From positions 1,426,001 through 1,490,000 of the forward strand of contig NW_027191413.1 of assembly GCF_041146345.1 (NCBI RefSeq): a stretch of 64,000 bases of DNA. Direction: 5' to 3'. This document shows positions 36,426 through 47,593 of the stretch, piece by piece; within the stretch, counting starts at the first letter, position 1, and each line of letters starts with the position of its first letter. The translations under genes were made by a program, and so were the position numbers. The DNA comes from Neodothiora populina. Taxonomy: Eukaryota. Under the pieces are notes generated by a model. It saw only the letters and a list, made by a program, of their open reading frames with translations. It searched no databases and had not been told where the DNA came from.

Positions 36426-39281
36426 TCAGTCTGCCATCTCCACGTCTCTTCGCCCTTGCTGCTGCTGTTGCTCGGGCGACTGCGCGTGGCCTGTCATGTT
36501 GGCCGCTGGCGGCGCTGCCGAGGGAGGCATGGGCAGAAACGACGACGACGCGGAAGTACCGGCCGGTCCTGCTGCTGCTGGTCCGGTCTCTCGGGACGCT
36601 ATGGCTTTCACTCCGTCGACTGTCACGCTTCGGCTGCTGAGGATGCTGTTGTCGTCTTCGGCCTTGACACCTCCTCCTGCACGCGGTGGAGATGCTGCTC
36701 CGCCAGCGGCGCGAAACGAAGTCGTAGAGGAAGCAGCAGCAGGGGGTGGGGGCGGAGGGAGATGTCGCGGTGGAGCATGCGGGTCTTCGATCCCATAGGG
36801 GAAGATCTTGCGCATGTTCGCCGCGTGCTTCTCCTCGTCTTCTGGCCCGGCGAGGTGGCCGTGCGATGAAGCTGGCGTCAGCGGGGTATGACTGTGTGTA
36901 CTGCTGGCATGGCTGTGTTGGTGGCTATGATGCGGAGGAGCGTGGTTTTGCTGTTGCTGAGGCGTCTGTTGTTGTACTTGCTGTGGTTGCGGCTGCGCGC
37001 ACCCTCTGGACCGCTCGTCTCCGTCTCCTGTTGCGGCTGCTTCGAGCTCTTCCTCGTCGCTCTCGTCGTCCATAGAGTCGTCTTCATCGCCGTCAATGTC
37101 ATTATCATGTTGGTGTCGGTGCGCGTGAGATGGCGTGCCCGGGCTCCTCACACCGTCCGGGTGATCGTGCTCGGAATTGCTGCGTGGCGTGTCTCCACGG
37201 TGTCCATTCGCGCTGCTGCTGTCGCGCGGTTTGTGGCCGCTGCCGCTGCCGCTGCCGCCGCCGATATCTTCAGAGGCTTCTTTGCTCTGGCGCTCGGCCT
37301 CCTTCTTGGCGTGCACTTTTTTCAGGTTCATCGCACTCGACACGGATCGCATGTCTGGCCGGCCGTCTTTACGTATCAGTACACCGTCAGCATTTCGGAT
37401 GGGTTTCGTCCGTGTCTTCTTCGTCGCCTGTCCTGGTGTATTAGGATTTGACGATATCTGCGCCGCAGAAGAGCCTCCCGAGGCTGCCACATCCGCGGTC
37501 GTGGTTATGGGCATAAAATGAGGGTCGGGATACAGGCTGGACTGCGGTAGTTGCTGCTGATGCTGGTGGTGAGGAAGCTGCTGCTGCTGTTGCTGCAATT
37601 GAGGGGGCGGCGGCGGTGCTTGCTGTTGCTGTGGTTGTTGGTGCGGACGCATCTCTGCACTTGGCGGCATACCCGGGTGATGGGGTGGACCAGGCGCCAT
37701 GTGACGATCAGGAAGGCCGCCTATATGGCCGCCACCTCGTCGTATCAAATTGCCTCGCGCTTGTGCGCCTTGATCTTGCATATGCACCGCGCTTGGTCCC
37801 GGTTGGTAGTATCCGCTTGGTGCGACCTGAGCGCTGCTCCATTCCGCTTGCTCCCACTCTGGTGTACCGAGCTCTTCAGTTCCAGCGCTTTTGCGGCCAC
37901 GCCCCCGTGTGCCCCCGTTTCCAGCCCCACGTCCTCTCCTGGGACTTCCGCGACCGCTCCGTGAAGCTTCAGACGCCGCTTGTCTCTGCGACTCTTGTCG
38001 CCAGGATTCTTCCGCAGAGGCCTCTTGGTTTGACAAAACAAAGCGAAGGGAATTGGATGGGGGTGGAAGGCTGCCTCCCGACTCATTCGACGGGTTTCGG
38101 CTGTTCGCCAAAGACGGCACTGGCGGCAGAGAGTTCGGTGTCGCTTCAGACGCCTGATACGGCGACGCTGCACGTGTCGACTGCTGCTCGCCGTAGCTCA
38201 CTCGCGGCATCAGTGGGGCCAGTCTCTGCCGCTTCGGCGAACCGGGTTGTCCAGCCTCGAATGTCGCCGCGTGTCCGTCAGCAGGTATAGTGCGTTTAGG
38301 AGCGGCATTTGCATTTACTGCTGCCCATCCGCTGACCGCAGGACTTTCGCTCTGAGGAGTCGAGGTAGGTGCTGGTCCCCCAGGGGGTGCCAGAGTCGAA
38401 GAACCAGGCGCATAGCTTCCAGCTGACCGCCATCCAGAGACTGTCGATCCTGACGATGACGGGTCAATGGAGCGAAAGCCTGGCAGCGTTCGCGGCTCAC
38501 TCGAGGCATTGATGTCACGCGACTCGGGGCTCGGCAGAATGGGCGGGGGCAGCCGATTCTCTGACGAACTCTGGTATAGCACCGACCGTGACTCTGGAGC
38601 TGCAGATGGAGTGCTAGTAGAGAATGCCGTCGGTGCAGACTGCGCATGCGACTGCGATGGTGGTGGTGGTGGTGGTGGTGGTGGCGGCGGTGCTTGTGGT
38701 GGGTGCGGGGCATAGTCGTGCGTTGGTTCAGCTGACGACAACCCGCCTGGTGCTGGAGATGCATGGCGCTCCAATCGGCGCATCTGGCGCCTCATGATAT
38801 TCAGGTCCAGCTTGAGACTATCGACCTCATTCACCTTTGCTGTGACATTGCGTAGCTGCTCTGTGAGTAGATCGATTTCGTGAGAGTCCGGTGCCTCTGC
38901 CGGAGCGCCTCGTCTCGCAGCAACTTCAGCCTTGACATCTTGGATCGCGGTCACTATGTGATGTTGCTCCTGCTGCAACCGGCCCACGGCGCTGTCGAGG
39001 CGTTCGATATGGTGGCGTTGCTCCTCAAGGATGGTGCTGTGGATTTGTAACTGGGATTGCAATTGACTGAACAGCTCCTCTACTGCTGGACGATATTGTG
39101 GACCAGCATGTTGGGCAGGACTGCCAGTATGTCTTGGAGGATCCATTGCGCGAGACGTCGGCCCCGTTACGGGTGGCATGGTCCCTGACATTAACGCACT
39201 CGCAGCTGGAGATTCTACCAGTCTGTGCATGCGCTCGACATTATTATGGCCGATTAATTCACTATGATGCTCCTCCAGCAT
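36426..39281 (-). CDS. Uncharacterised low-complexity protein (about 951 aa) with N-terminal coiled coil and basic KPIRN...IRKDGRPDMRS motif; probably nuclear
   Basis: Long ORF with first ATG at 39281 (MLEEHH); coiled coil near the N-terminus; poly-P/Q tracts; basic patches PKRQR and RGRGRK. Probable 5'-UTR intron 39553-39383. Confidence 0.85.
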   Translation of the reverse strand: MLEEHHSELIGHNNVERMHRLVESPAASALMSGTMPPVTGPTSRAMDPPRHTGSPAQHAGPQYRPAVEELFSQLQSQLQIHSTILEEQRHHIERLDSAVGRLQQEQHHIVTAIQDVKAEVAARRGAPAEAPDSHEIDLLTEQLRNVTAKVNEVDSLKLDLNIMRRQMRRLERHASPAPGGLSSAEPTHDYAPHPPQAPPPPPPPPPPPSQSHAQSAPTAFSTSTPSAAPESRSVLYQSSSENRLPPPILPSPESRDINASSEPRTLPGFRSIDPSSSGSTVSGWRSAGSYAPGSSTLAPPGGPAPTSTPQSESPAVSGWAAVNANAAPKRTIPADGHAATFEAGQPGSPKRQRLAPLMPRVSYGEQQSTRAASPYQASEATPNSLPPVPSLANSRNPSNESGGSLPPPSNSLRFVLSNQEASAEESWRQESQRQAASEASRSGRGSPRRGRGAGNGGTRGRGRKSAGTEELGTPEWEQAEWSSAQVAPSGYYQPGPSAVHMQDQGAQARGNLIRRGGGHIGGLPDRHMAPGPPHHPGMPPSAEMRPHQQPQQQQAPPPPPQLQQQQQQLPHHQHQQQLPQSSLYPDPHFMPITTTADVAASGGSSAAQISSNPNTPGQATKKTRTKPIRNADGVLIRKDGRPDMRSVSSAMNLKKVHAKKEAERQSKEASEDIGGGSGSGSGHKPRDSSSANGHRGDTPRSNSEHDHPDGVRSPGTPSHAHRHQHDNDIDGDEDDSMDDESDEEELEAAATGDGDERSRGCAQPQPQQVQQQTPQQQQNHAPPHHSHQHSHASSTHSHTPLTPASSHGHLAGPEDEEKHAANMRKIFPYGIEDPHAPPRHLPPPPPPAAASSTTSFRAAGGAASPPRAGGGVKAEDDNSILSSRSVTVDGVKAIASRETGPAAAGPAGTSASSSFLPMPPSAAPPAANMTGHAQSPEQQQQQGRRDVEMAD

Positions 39282-42200
39282 CGCCTTTTCGAAGATGGGC
39301 TCCCGCACGACTCCAGTTTGAGATGACAGTGTAGTAGAAAAGAAATAATCGAGTCGGATCTCAAAATAAATCGCACGCTTTCCTGCCCAGTTGATTAGAA
39401 CGAACGACGATAAGGACAGCAGCCCGGCAGTATGGGGGGAAGGCAGAGAGATAGCAGCAGCAGCAGCAGCAGCAGCAGCACCAAGAAATGGAAATGAAAG
39501 CACAGAAAAAGGTCAAGGAATGCAGCGAGACCCGAACGCGAGTCTGAGGTACTTACTGGTTGATCGCCTCTTTGAGCCTGAGAATTACTCGAGAGCGAAT
39601 GGTGCCAAGGGTTTTTTACGGCAGGACAAACATTGGGAAGTGGCTGGATCTGACTATATGAGCAGATAGGCCTTAAGGTAGAAAGAGCAAGTCTACAGTA
39701 CATGCTTGTAGCTAGGACACTATAATTGTTACGAACGTGAGCATTATGCAATCAGAGCTTAGTCTGCGACCCGCCAATTTGGAATAGATTGCCCTAGAAC
39801 AACTGGTTGACAGGTGAGGACGTAAATTGAGGGTCAGGCCGTGCAATTGGCAACTGCCGTATGAAAGCGGCGGAGCCGGAGCGCGCTTGATGCTCGGAGA
39901 AGCTACCTTACTCTACGCCTCAGTTAGTAGGCACGGCTAAATGTTACCGTAGAGGTAAGCAAAACTTCTGGGAGTGGTGGTCAGTCCTTCTCGACCAGAT
40001 ACAGGGACCGTGCTTCTCTCAGACGTCGGCCTAGATTGGCCCCTCGACATTGCACGCCAAGCAAGGTCGACTCGGTTCGAAGCGCAAGGGCGGCGACGAC
40101 AGGGATATCGGAGGAGAGGGGCTGGTGTCCGAAGTAGTAGTGAGATAGTGGTAGCAGCAGTGACAGCTACCAACTACTTACTATAAAGAGCTATATCGAC
40201 CTCATCGGGACCTCTGTTGGCCAATTCAGCCCTCCTCCCAAACTCCGAATTTCCGCCTAGTGACACAGATTGACAGCATATATAGAAGTACACCTAGCTA
40301 TAGTACGCTCAAAGTAGGGGGAAGACGACGACCCGAACACAGATGAGACATGACTTGAGTACGCAGGTACTTGCCCTCACCTAGTCAGGGCAGGTACACA
40401 ACTCAATGCGAGGGTACCTTTTCTGTTTTACGAACAGCCGATGGATGGTCAGGACACGTGTGCGTCATATTTTGACTCGCTGTTCGCATCCGGTGCAGTT
40501 CGCAGGTGTAGCAAAGCGAGCATCGCATTGACTACCATTTTAGACAAAGCGTAGCGGTAAGACGACCATCCGTCCAATGAGGGCTTCTGAGATGCATAAC
40601 AGCGACCAGAGACTCCAAGGCAAAGCAACCAAGACCGTTAAAAACTCTTACCGTTGTTACGTGATTGGGTTTGGCACGAGACCGCTTCCGGAAAAGCGCG
40701 GGATAAGTGCATTCGTAAGATAGGAGAAACTTCCGTCGCCGACGAGCGAAAGAGTAAAAGAAATCGAGGGCGAAAAAAAAACCAAGATTCCTTTCCTTCC
40801 CCAGTAGCGCCAGTGGTATGATCCTGTCTGCCAAATCGATTTAAGCGGTCATCCGTGGCCGTACGACGTTCACGAGCGGAATGCCGCGCGAGGCGTGCCC
40901 AAAGTCGCTTAAACCCGCGTGTCGCTAACAAGATCCATCAATCATAGCTGGGTCTTAATGGTGGATCATGTATTTAAGCGCTACGATAAAGCAATGTAGT
41001 CTTCACCGATATCACAAATGATCGCCTGCATACGACACCATGTATCTTGCGTTATGCCTAATAGTCTGATTCGCAGGGCTACTCCGGGCCGGTTTTCCCA
41101 TGTAATGTGTCCAGCATCTAATTATTGCACTGTAGAAGGTAAAAGGTCAGGACGAGTCTGGTTAGAGGCAAGCCCGGGCGTTCTGGCCATGTGCGTGTTA
41201 GCCGATGCCCTCGTAAAAGCCTATTTGCTGCCTACAGTACAGCATAGTACAAGGGACGATGATGCAACAAAGGACAGCAGTAGCAAGCAGAGCAGCTTGG
41301 AAGAGGGCGCAGTTGTGACTAAGCACTTGTTCGTCCATGCGCATGTTTCAGCTCTGAGGGATCGCCAGTCGGAGGTCTTCATCTGACAGGCCTATTAGCG
41401 CTTGCACTGGGGCCGGTACAAGTATCAGAGCATGCCCATGGAACCGGCTATGAATGTGTGCATTCTGCATCCACAACTTCTCGACGGAAGGGGAAGGACA
41501 CATGAATATATTGAGCACACAGGAGCACGTGCCAGACCCGTATCCAGAACTGGAACGCACCTTTTCCGTCACGGGCCGTACAGCCGAGCAGAAGGAAGGG
41601 TTTTCTGAACGTTTGGTACAGTACGACGTTGTTGTGTAAATTATTTCTCCGTGTATAGATGCCTAAGGCTGGCTAGCGGGGGGTTCAGCGTACACACCTG
41701 CAGAAAAGCGGCGGGTCCAGATTGTATAGCACAGTGTCAAGTGCGTAAACGACATACGGAGCATGGAAGTCTATTTTCACATGCACTTTTGCGTGATGTT
41801 TCGACCGTACCAGTGTAGGCATAGGCAATATGTGATGGGAGCACGTACCGTGGCTTCTCGACGATCGAGTAATACAAGACTGACTCACCCACACGTGGTC
41901 ATCACTTGTTGCATCTCAGGGCGTTGGGGTCAAGGTGAGGTTCAGAGGGTCGGCACCAGAGCAGAGGGCCATCCCAAACATGGTTATTGAACCCTACAAG
42001 CAATGTATTGTGCTTTATTGAGATGCGGCAACAACAATAATGGTGCTGGCAACAAGTACGGAGGCACCTTTGGTTGTATTGTGAGTGAAAGCCAGCTTGG
42101 TCCGTGCGTCAACACCTCCGTCCTCCAGTGACATACACACATACAGTACAGTATAGTAAAGTGCGTATATCATAATCATAAGGATAAGGTATACAATCCA

Positions 42201-42433
42201 CACACGCCCGATCAGCACAAGTGTGGCGTCTGGCGCACAGCGACCGACTCACAACAAGCATACATCTTACTATTCTTTCATGTCACTCGCATGACTTACC
42301 TCTCGGCGCAGGGTGGTGACGGTAATTTGTCTCTTCATCCAGCCGCGCTCTCTTGCCGTGGCCCGCACTGTCTTTCGCGCTTCGTGACCTGACTTAACCA
42401 AGTCTTCGACTATTCCTTGCGCATACGGTCAAC

Positions 42434-45400
42434 ATGCCGCATGCCGTAGAGCAAGATGAGTTGGACTACCAGCAAAATGATGATCTCGGCGACGACCTCT
42501 TCAACCAGATTCTGAATGCGCCACCGGAAAGCCAGAGCTTCACTCTGGACCTGGATCGTGATCTGGACATTGGTGAAAAGGCAGACGATGCCCAGGACTT
42601 TGAAGATATTGGAGATGATGATCTGGCTGAAGACGAGGACGAGCTTGCCGACGCGCCTGCTGCTCGCAACGGACAAGAGGCGATCAATGGTGGTCAGGAA
42701 AATGCACCTCAGAATCCGGATGGCGAAGAGGGCTTCGATGATGATATGGACTTTACCTTTGGAGATGATCTGTTCGGCGACGATGACCAAGCGGATCAAA
42801 ATGCACATTCAACCGACCTTGCTAACAACGCCAACAACAATAACAACCTCGATAGCGACGCCGCTGCTGATGCTGCTCTTTTCGCCCAAGAGACCGAGGC
42901 TCTTGCGCCATCCTCCCCGCCTACAGTCACAGGCGGTCTTGCACTTCCTTCGAAACGTGTCGCATTACCTGGGTCGAGGCCCTTACTCCCCGGTCAACAG
43001 CTCAATGGGCTTGCCTCCTCGCTCGACACTCCACTCGAGGACGATCTAGCGCAGGAAACACAAACATACGCCGATGAGGAGGAGGAAGACGACGAGGAAG
43101 ATGACCAAGTACTCGAGCAGCGTCGCCTGTTCGAGCAAATGGCTATAGAGAGAGAGCAGCGTTTGCGAGGAGGCGATGGGGACGAGCGATTGCCGGCAGC
43201 AGAAGCTGATTTGGAAACATTCTACAACATCTGGCCTACCTACGATCCCGAAGAACGACCTCGCTTTGTCGAACTTTTCCCACAGCGCCGCGGTCATTAC
43301 CCATGGAAGACGCCCATCAAACCACCCAAGGCCGTGCAGCCGACCAAGGTCAACCTTGAGCTCTTGCCAGACCAAGAGAAGAGCTTCCGTTTGCCAGGCA
43401 CCGCTACCACCAACAATACATGGTCGGAGCCCCATGGGACTATTTACATCCAAAAGGCCCAGAAGGAGGGTGAGGAGAGCGAGGATGGCATTGATATCGA
43501 CGAAGTCGATGAGAATGAAGTCATCGGCGGTGCAACATGGCAAGATCTTACCCTGGTGTGTATAGACTGGGATCTTCCGAGTGTCTCTTCGTCGCCGGCC
43601 CACACTACCCAATTTGATAGCGGCATTGACATGAGTGGCGATGTCGACGACATGGACGGGCCTCCTCAGAAGAAGCGGAAGGTGGCGCATGGAACCTTTG
43701 ACCTGAAGGAAGCCGTTGCATTCTCTCAGACCTTGCCGTCGCTTGACGATCCTGAAAGAGCAGCTGCCAAAATCGCGAAGAAGGTCCAATTAGACATGAA
43801 CGATCCTGGTCTACTGATCGACGAAAATGTTCCCATTACACAACCCAGGAAAGTCCGACGACTGGTAGGCGACATGGGCCGAGAAGCCAAGAGCGCTGCT
43901 GCTCGCGACATGACCCGCCGTTACAACATCAGTAACGATGAGGAATATGAACAGCTCAAAGCCAACCATCAACACAAGGTTCGCAGTACACTTGGCAGCA
44001 TGGCTGTCGAGCACAGTGTGCCCGCGACGAAGCTGCAATTTCCCTTTTATCGTGTTAGCTTGGAAGAGAAGCAGAAGCGCTCTTTCCATCGCCCAACCTT
44101 CACCACTGAGCGTCACGACAGGACCTGGAACTTCCACAAAGTCAAGAGAGTCAAGAGGAAGGAGCTCAAGGGCAAGGAGACGTCTGTCGTCTTCGCGAAA
44201 GCAGAAGATCTGTCCATGGCTGACAACTCCAGCGTTTTGTTGCTCGAATACTCCGAAGAACAGCCCATTATGCTGTCGAACTTTGGCATGGGCAACCGAC
44301 TCATCAATTACTACAGACGAAAGGACGCCAACGATACCTCGAGACCGAAAGAGGAGTTGGGCGAGACGCAGGTCCTTCTTCCGCAAGATCGAAGTCCATT
44401 TGCCAACTTTGGCCAGGTCGATCCAGGCGAGATGGTGCCCACAATACACAATGGACTTTACAGAGCTCCCATCTTCAAGCACGAACCCAGGAATACAGAC
44501 TTCCTTGTGATCTCGAACACTTCGAGTGGAACCGGACGGCAATGGTTCTTGCGAAACATTGAGAACATACACGCTGTTGGCCAGCAGTTCCCCTCTGTTG
44601 AGGTCCCTGGCGAACACTCCCGAAAGGTCACGGATGCCGCCAAAAAGCGATTGCAGAACATATCGTACCGGATACACAAAAAGTATACTGAGCACCGCGG
44701 CCCTCCCCTCACAAACGAAGTCGTCAAGGCCCATCTGCCAGGAAGCGATATCGCCCAGAATCGTGGTAAGATGAGAGACTTTATGGCTTACGACAAAAAC
44801 AACGGTCTCTGGCATCTCAAGCCAGGTCACCAAATGCCTGATTTGGATCACGCCAACTACAAGATCACGCCCGAAGAGATTTGTGTGCTCGATTCGATGC
44901 AAGTCGGTGTGCAGCATCTGAAGGATCTTGGTCTTAGGAGAGATGACGAAGAGGACAACGACGACAACGCGCAGGACGATGATCACATCGAGCTGCTACT
45001 AGCACCTTGGAACACAACCAAGAATTTCCTTCACGCCTGTCAAGGCAAGGCCATGTTACAACTTCATGGAGAAGGCGATCCTACCGCCCGTGGCGAGGGA
45101 TTCAGCTTCATCAAGACTTCGATGAAAGGTGGCTTTAGAGCGCTCGGCGAGAGTGTTGCGGAGAGACTGGACGCCAAGAAGATCAAGGAGAACGGTGGAC
45201 ACAGTTACAACGTGGCAAAGCAGCAAAAGGCTTATGATGAGTCCATACGACGTATCTGGAAGGCACAGCACGAAAGCTTGGCATCCACGATGGAGCACTC
45301 TGATGTCGAAGAGGACATTGATGATGAACCTGAATCTTCGCATCACAGGACTGGTGAGACTCCGCGGTCATCGTTCGGTACACCCGCGTTCAGCAGGCGC

Positions 45401-46259
45401 GACGACGAAACAATGAGTCAATTTAGCAAGTTCAGTGCGACTCAGAACAACAACTTGGTCATGTACATCGAACGTACTGTGATTGACAAGATTACCGGGA
45501 TGAAGACGACGGAGACCGAGCGGGTGACCAACCCCCGAGTGATTGCGGCGTACAAGAAGCGCAAGGATAAGGAGCGTATCGAGCGCCTTGAATTGGAGTA
45601 TGATTATGTTTACTTTCGTCTTCGAGGACTCACTAACAAGTCTGCAGCGCCTATAAGATTAAGCCAACCGGTGATCGCGCCTATGATCTCTTGCAACTTA
45701 AGAAGTACGCACAACCTTCCATCCAGTTGCATCGAGCATCGCAGGCTATTGCGTTTGTTACAGGCTTGCTGACAACTTCTACAGTGCGCAGGACGAACTC
45801 GATAGACTCAAGAGAAACATGGATAGGCGAAAGGCACGAGAGCGAGCAAAGGCAAAGCCAGGTACCGGTGCAGGATCACCACCGACTGCAGCAGGATCTC
45901 CTGCGCCAGATGGTGAGGAAGCCGGCGATGGTGCAGCCGGTGCACCAACAGGCAAGAAAGGTCGCGCGAAGAAGAACGCCGAGGGCACAGCTCGTAAATG
46001 CGCCAATTGTGGACAGATCGGTCACATCAGGACCAACAAGAAGTCAGTCCATGTTTTCTTTCTTACTCTCGACTAATGAAATGCTAACCTTGTTTCTTTT
46101 CTCAGATTATGTCCTATGCTGAACGGAACCATGAAGCAAGAAGACGCAACGGCAACAGGCTTCGGAGGACCAGCCGGCGGTGCAGGCGCACCACAGAACG
46201 GCGAAGGCGGCAGCGGTACCGGTGGGTTCGGCGGCATGTCTCTACCGCTGGCTCTCTAG
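42434..46259 (+). CDS. TAF1: TFIID subunit 1 (DUF3591 domain, C-terminal zinc knuckle); 4 exons
   Basis: RRYNISNDEEY, LLEYSEEQP, NFGMGNRLINYYRR, GQQFPSVEVPG, APWNTTKNF, LHGEGDPTARGEGFSF. Three 3' introns give RKCANCGQIGHIRTNKKLCPMLN; TAG 46257-46259. Confidence 0.95.
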
Positions 46260-47593
46260 GAGGCGGGGGCGGTATATCAGGACTGTCGGTATCCTTTCTG
46301 AGAGATCACATGCCAGCCTGATCACCTCATCTCACATTGAGTGTTTCAAACCACAAAGAACACTAATCAAGGAATGTGTGTAAGAGATGATGATCCGCAA
46401 ACGAGCCTTTACTCCTTGCTGTTGTTTTAGACGAAGACACAAAAACACGCGCATGTCCGAAATCAAACTCGAAGCCAACTCGCAAAGGAAGAGAAGAGAG
46501 GAAAGAAAGGAACAGAAAAAACAGTAGCAGGGATAAGAAACCTAGTCACCCAACCCCTAACGGGGAAAGAAAAATACATGCATAATCCAACCCCCAAAAG
46601 AAGAAAGCATAAGAAAACAAAGAATCCCACCCAAGACATGATATGAATACCACTACCGTGCCAATCTCGAAGTGAGATTCCTAAAAGATCAAGCCTAAAT
46701 CATGCTCGCGAGCGACACAAGCAGCAAAGTGCAGTGCAGTGAATATCCATCCACTGTCTACCCAGAGCAGTATACAGAATAAGTACCAAAGAGCAACCGA
46801 AAGAGAAATACACCTGTAGAAAAGCAAAGACGAGAACCCTCCAACGAGCTCCCTTCAAGTACAGAGCAGAGTATCGTAGAGAACAATAGTGCTGGCTGGC
46901 ATCGCAGTGCCTCAGATGAGGCAGTAAGAAGTGAAGTGAGCAAGGCCCGACCTCACCTACCACTTCATATCCTCGTCGAAATCCATCACCAAGAGCATAG
47001 ACCTAGGAGCACGAAACAGGGAACATAAAGCAGGAGGCGGAACTCGGGGAGAGAAAGCAGGTGGGGATCACTGGAGATCTACAGTCCAGAACGAGAGAAG
47101 AGAGGGAGGGGAGATGTGTATGTATATATGGCGAGTAGAGAAGGGGGTTGGGCAGACAGGGTTGCCCTGGAGTCTGTGTTTCACAACTACATGAAATAGC
47201 AGTAAAGAGAGATATGGGAGTCGTTATGTAGCCTGCTCGATCATGCATTGTCTATGTTGCTGTTCCAAACAGTATATAGTGTTGTTTGTGGTTCAAGGTG
47301 TGAGGTGATTGGGTTTGGTGTTTTCTTTTCAAATGTCTCTTTTGCCGAGAGTTTCGATATATATGATATGTAGTGTTTTTTTTTCGAATATCCCATCATT
47401 CGTGTTCGTTGGTGTACGTATTCGTTTTGTCCCTTCTTCCGCCCCTCACCATCCCTCTCTACCCAAGGCTCTATTTACAAATATATACATTATAGGTTTC
47501 GTCACAAGTAGTTGGTTTTCCATCACTCAATCAAAACACCCCAAAGAATAGAAAAGACGCGAAAGCGGTAAAAGTAAGAAAAGAAGAAGGAAC

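Noticed and set aside
36098..36869. Plus-strand hydrophobic ORFs (108 aa and 196 aa)
   Set aside because: Antisense reading of the charged, repeat-rich minus-strand frame.
39282..39503. Poly-Ala N-terminal extension of the 1025-aa ORF from a non-ATG start
   Set aside because: The poly-Ala part falls in a probable 5'-UTR intron (GTAAGT at 39553, CTAAT branch, CAG at 39383), and the upstream exon has an in-frame stop. ATG 39281 is preferred.
39600..42400. 2.8-kb gene-free interval with short ORFs and small inverted repeats
   Set aside because: No coding, tRNA or snRNA signature recognised; consistent with a long divergent promoter and UTR region.
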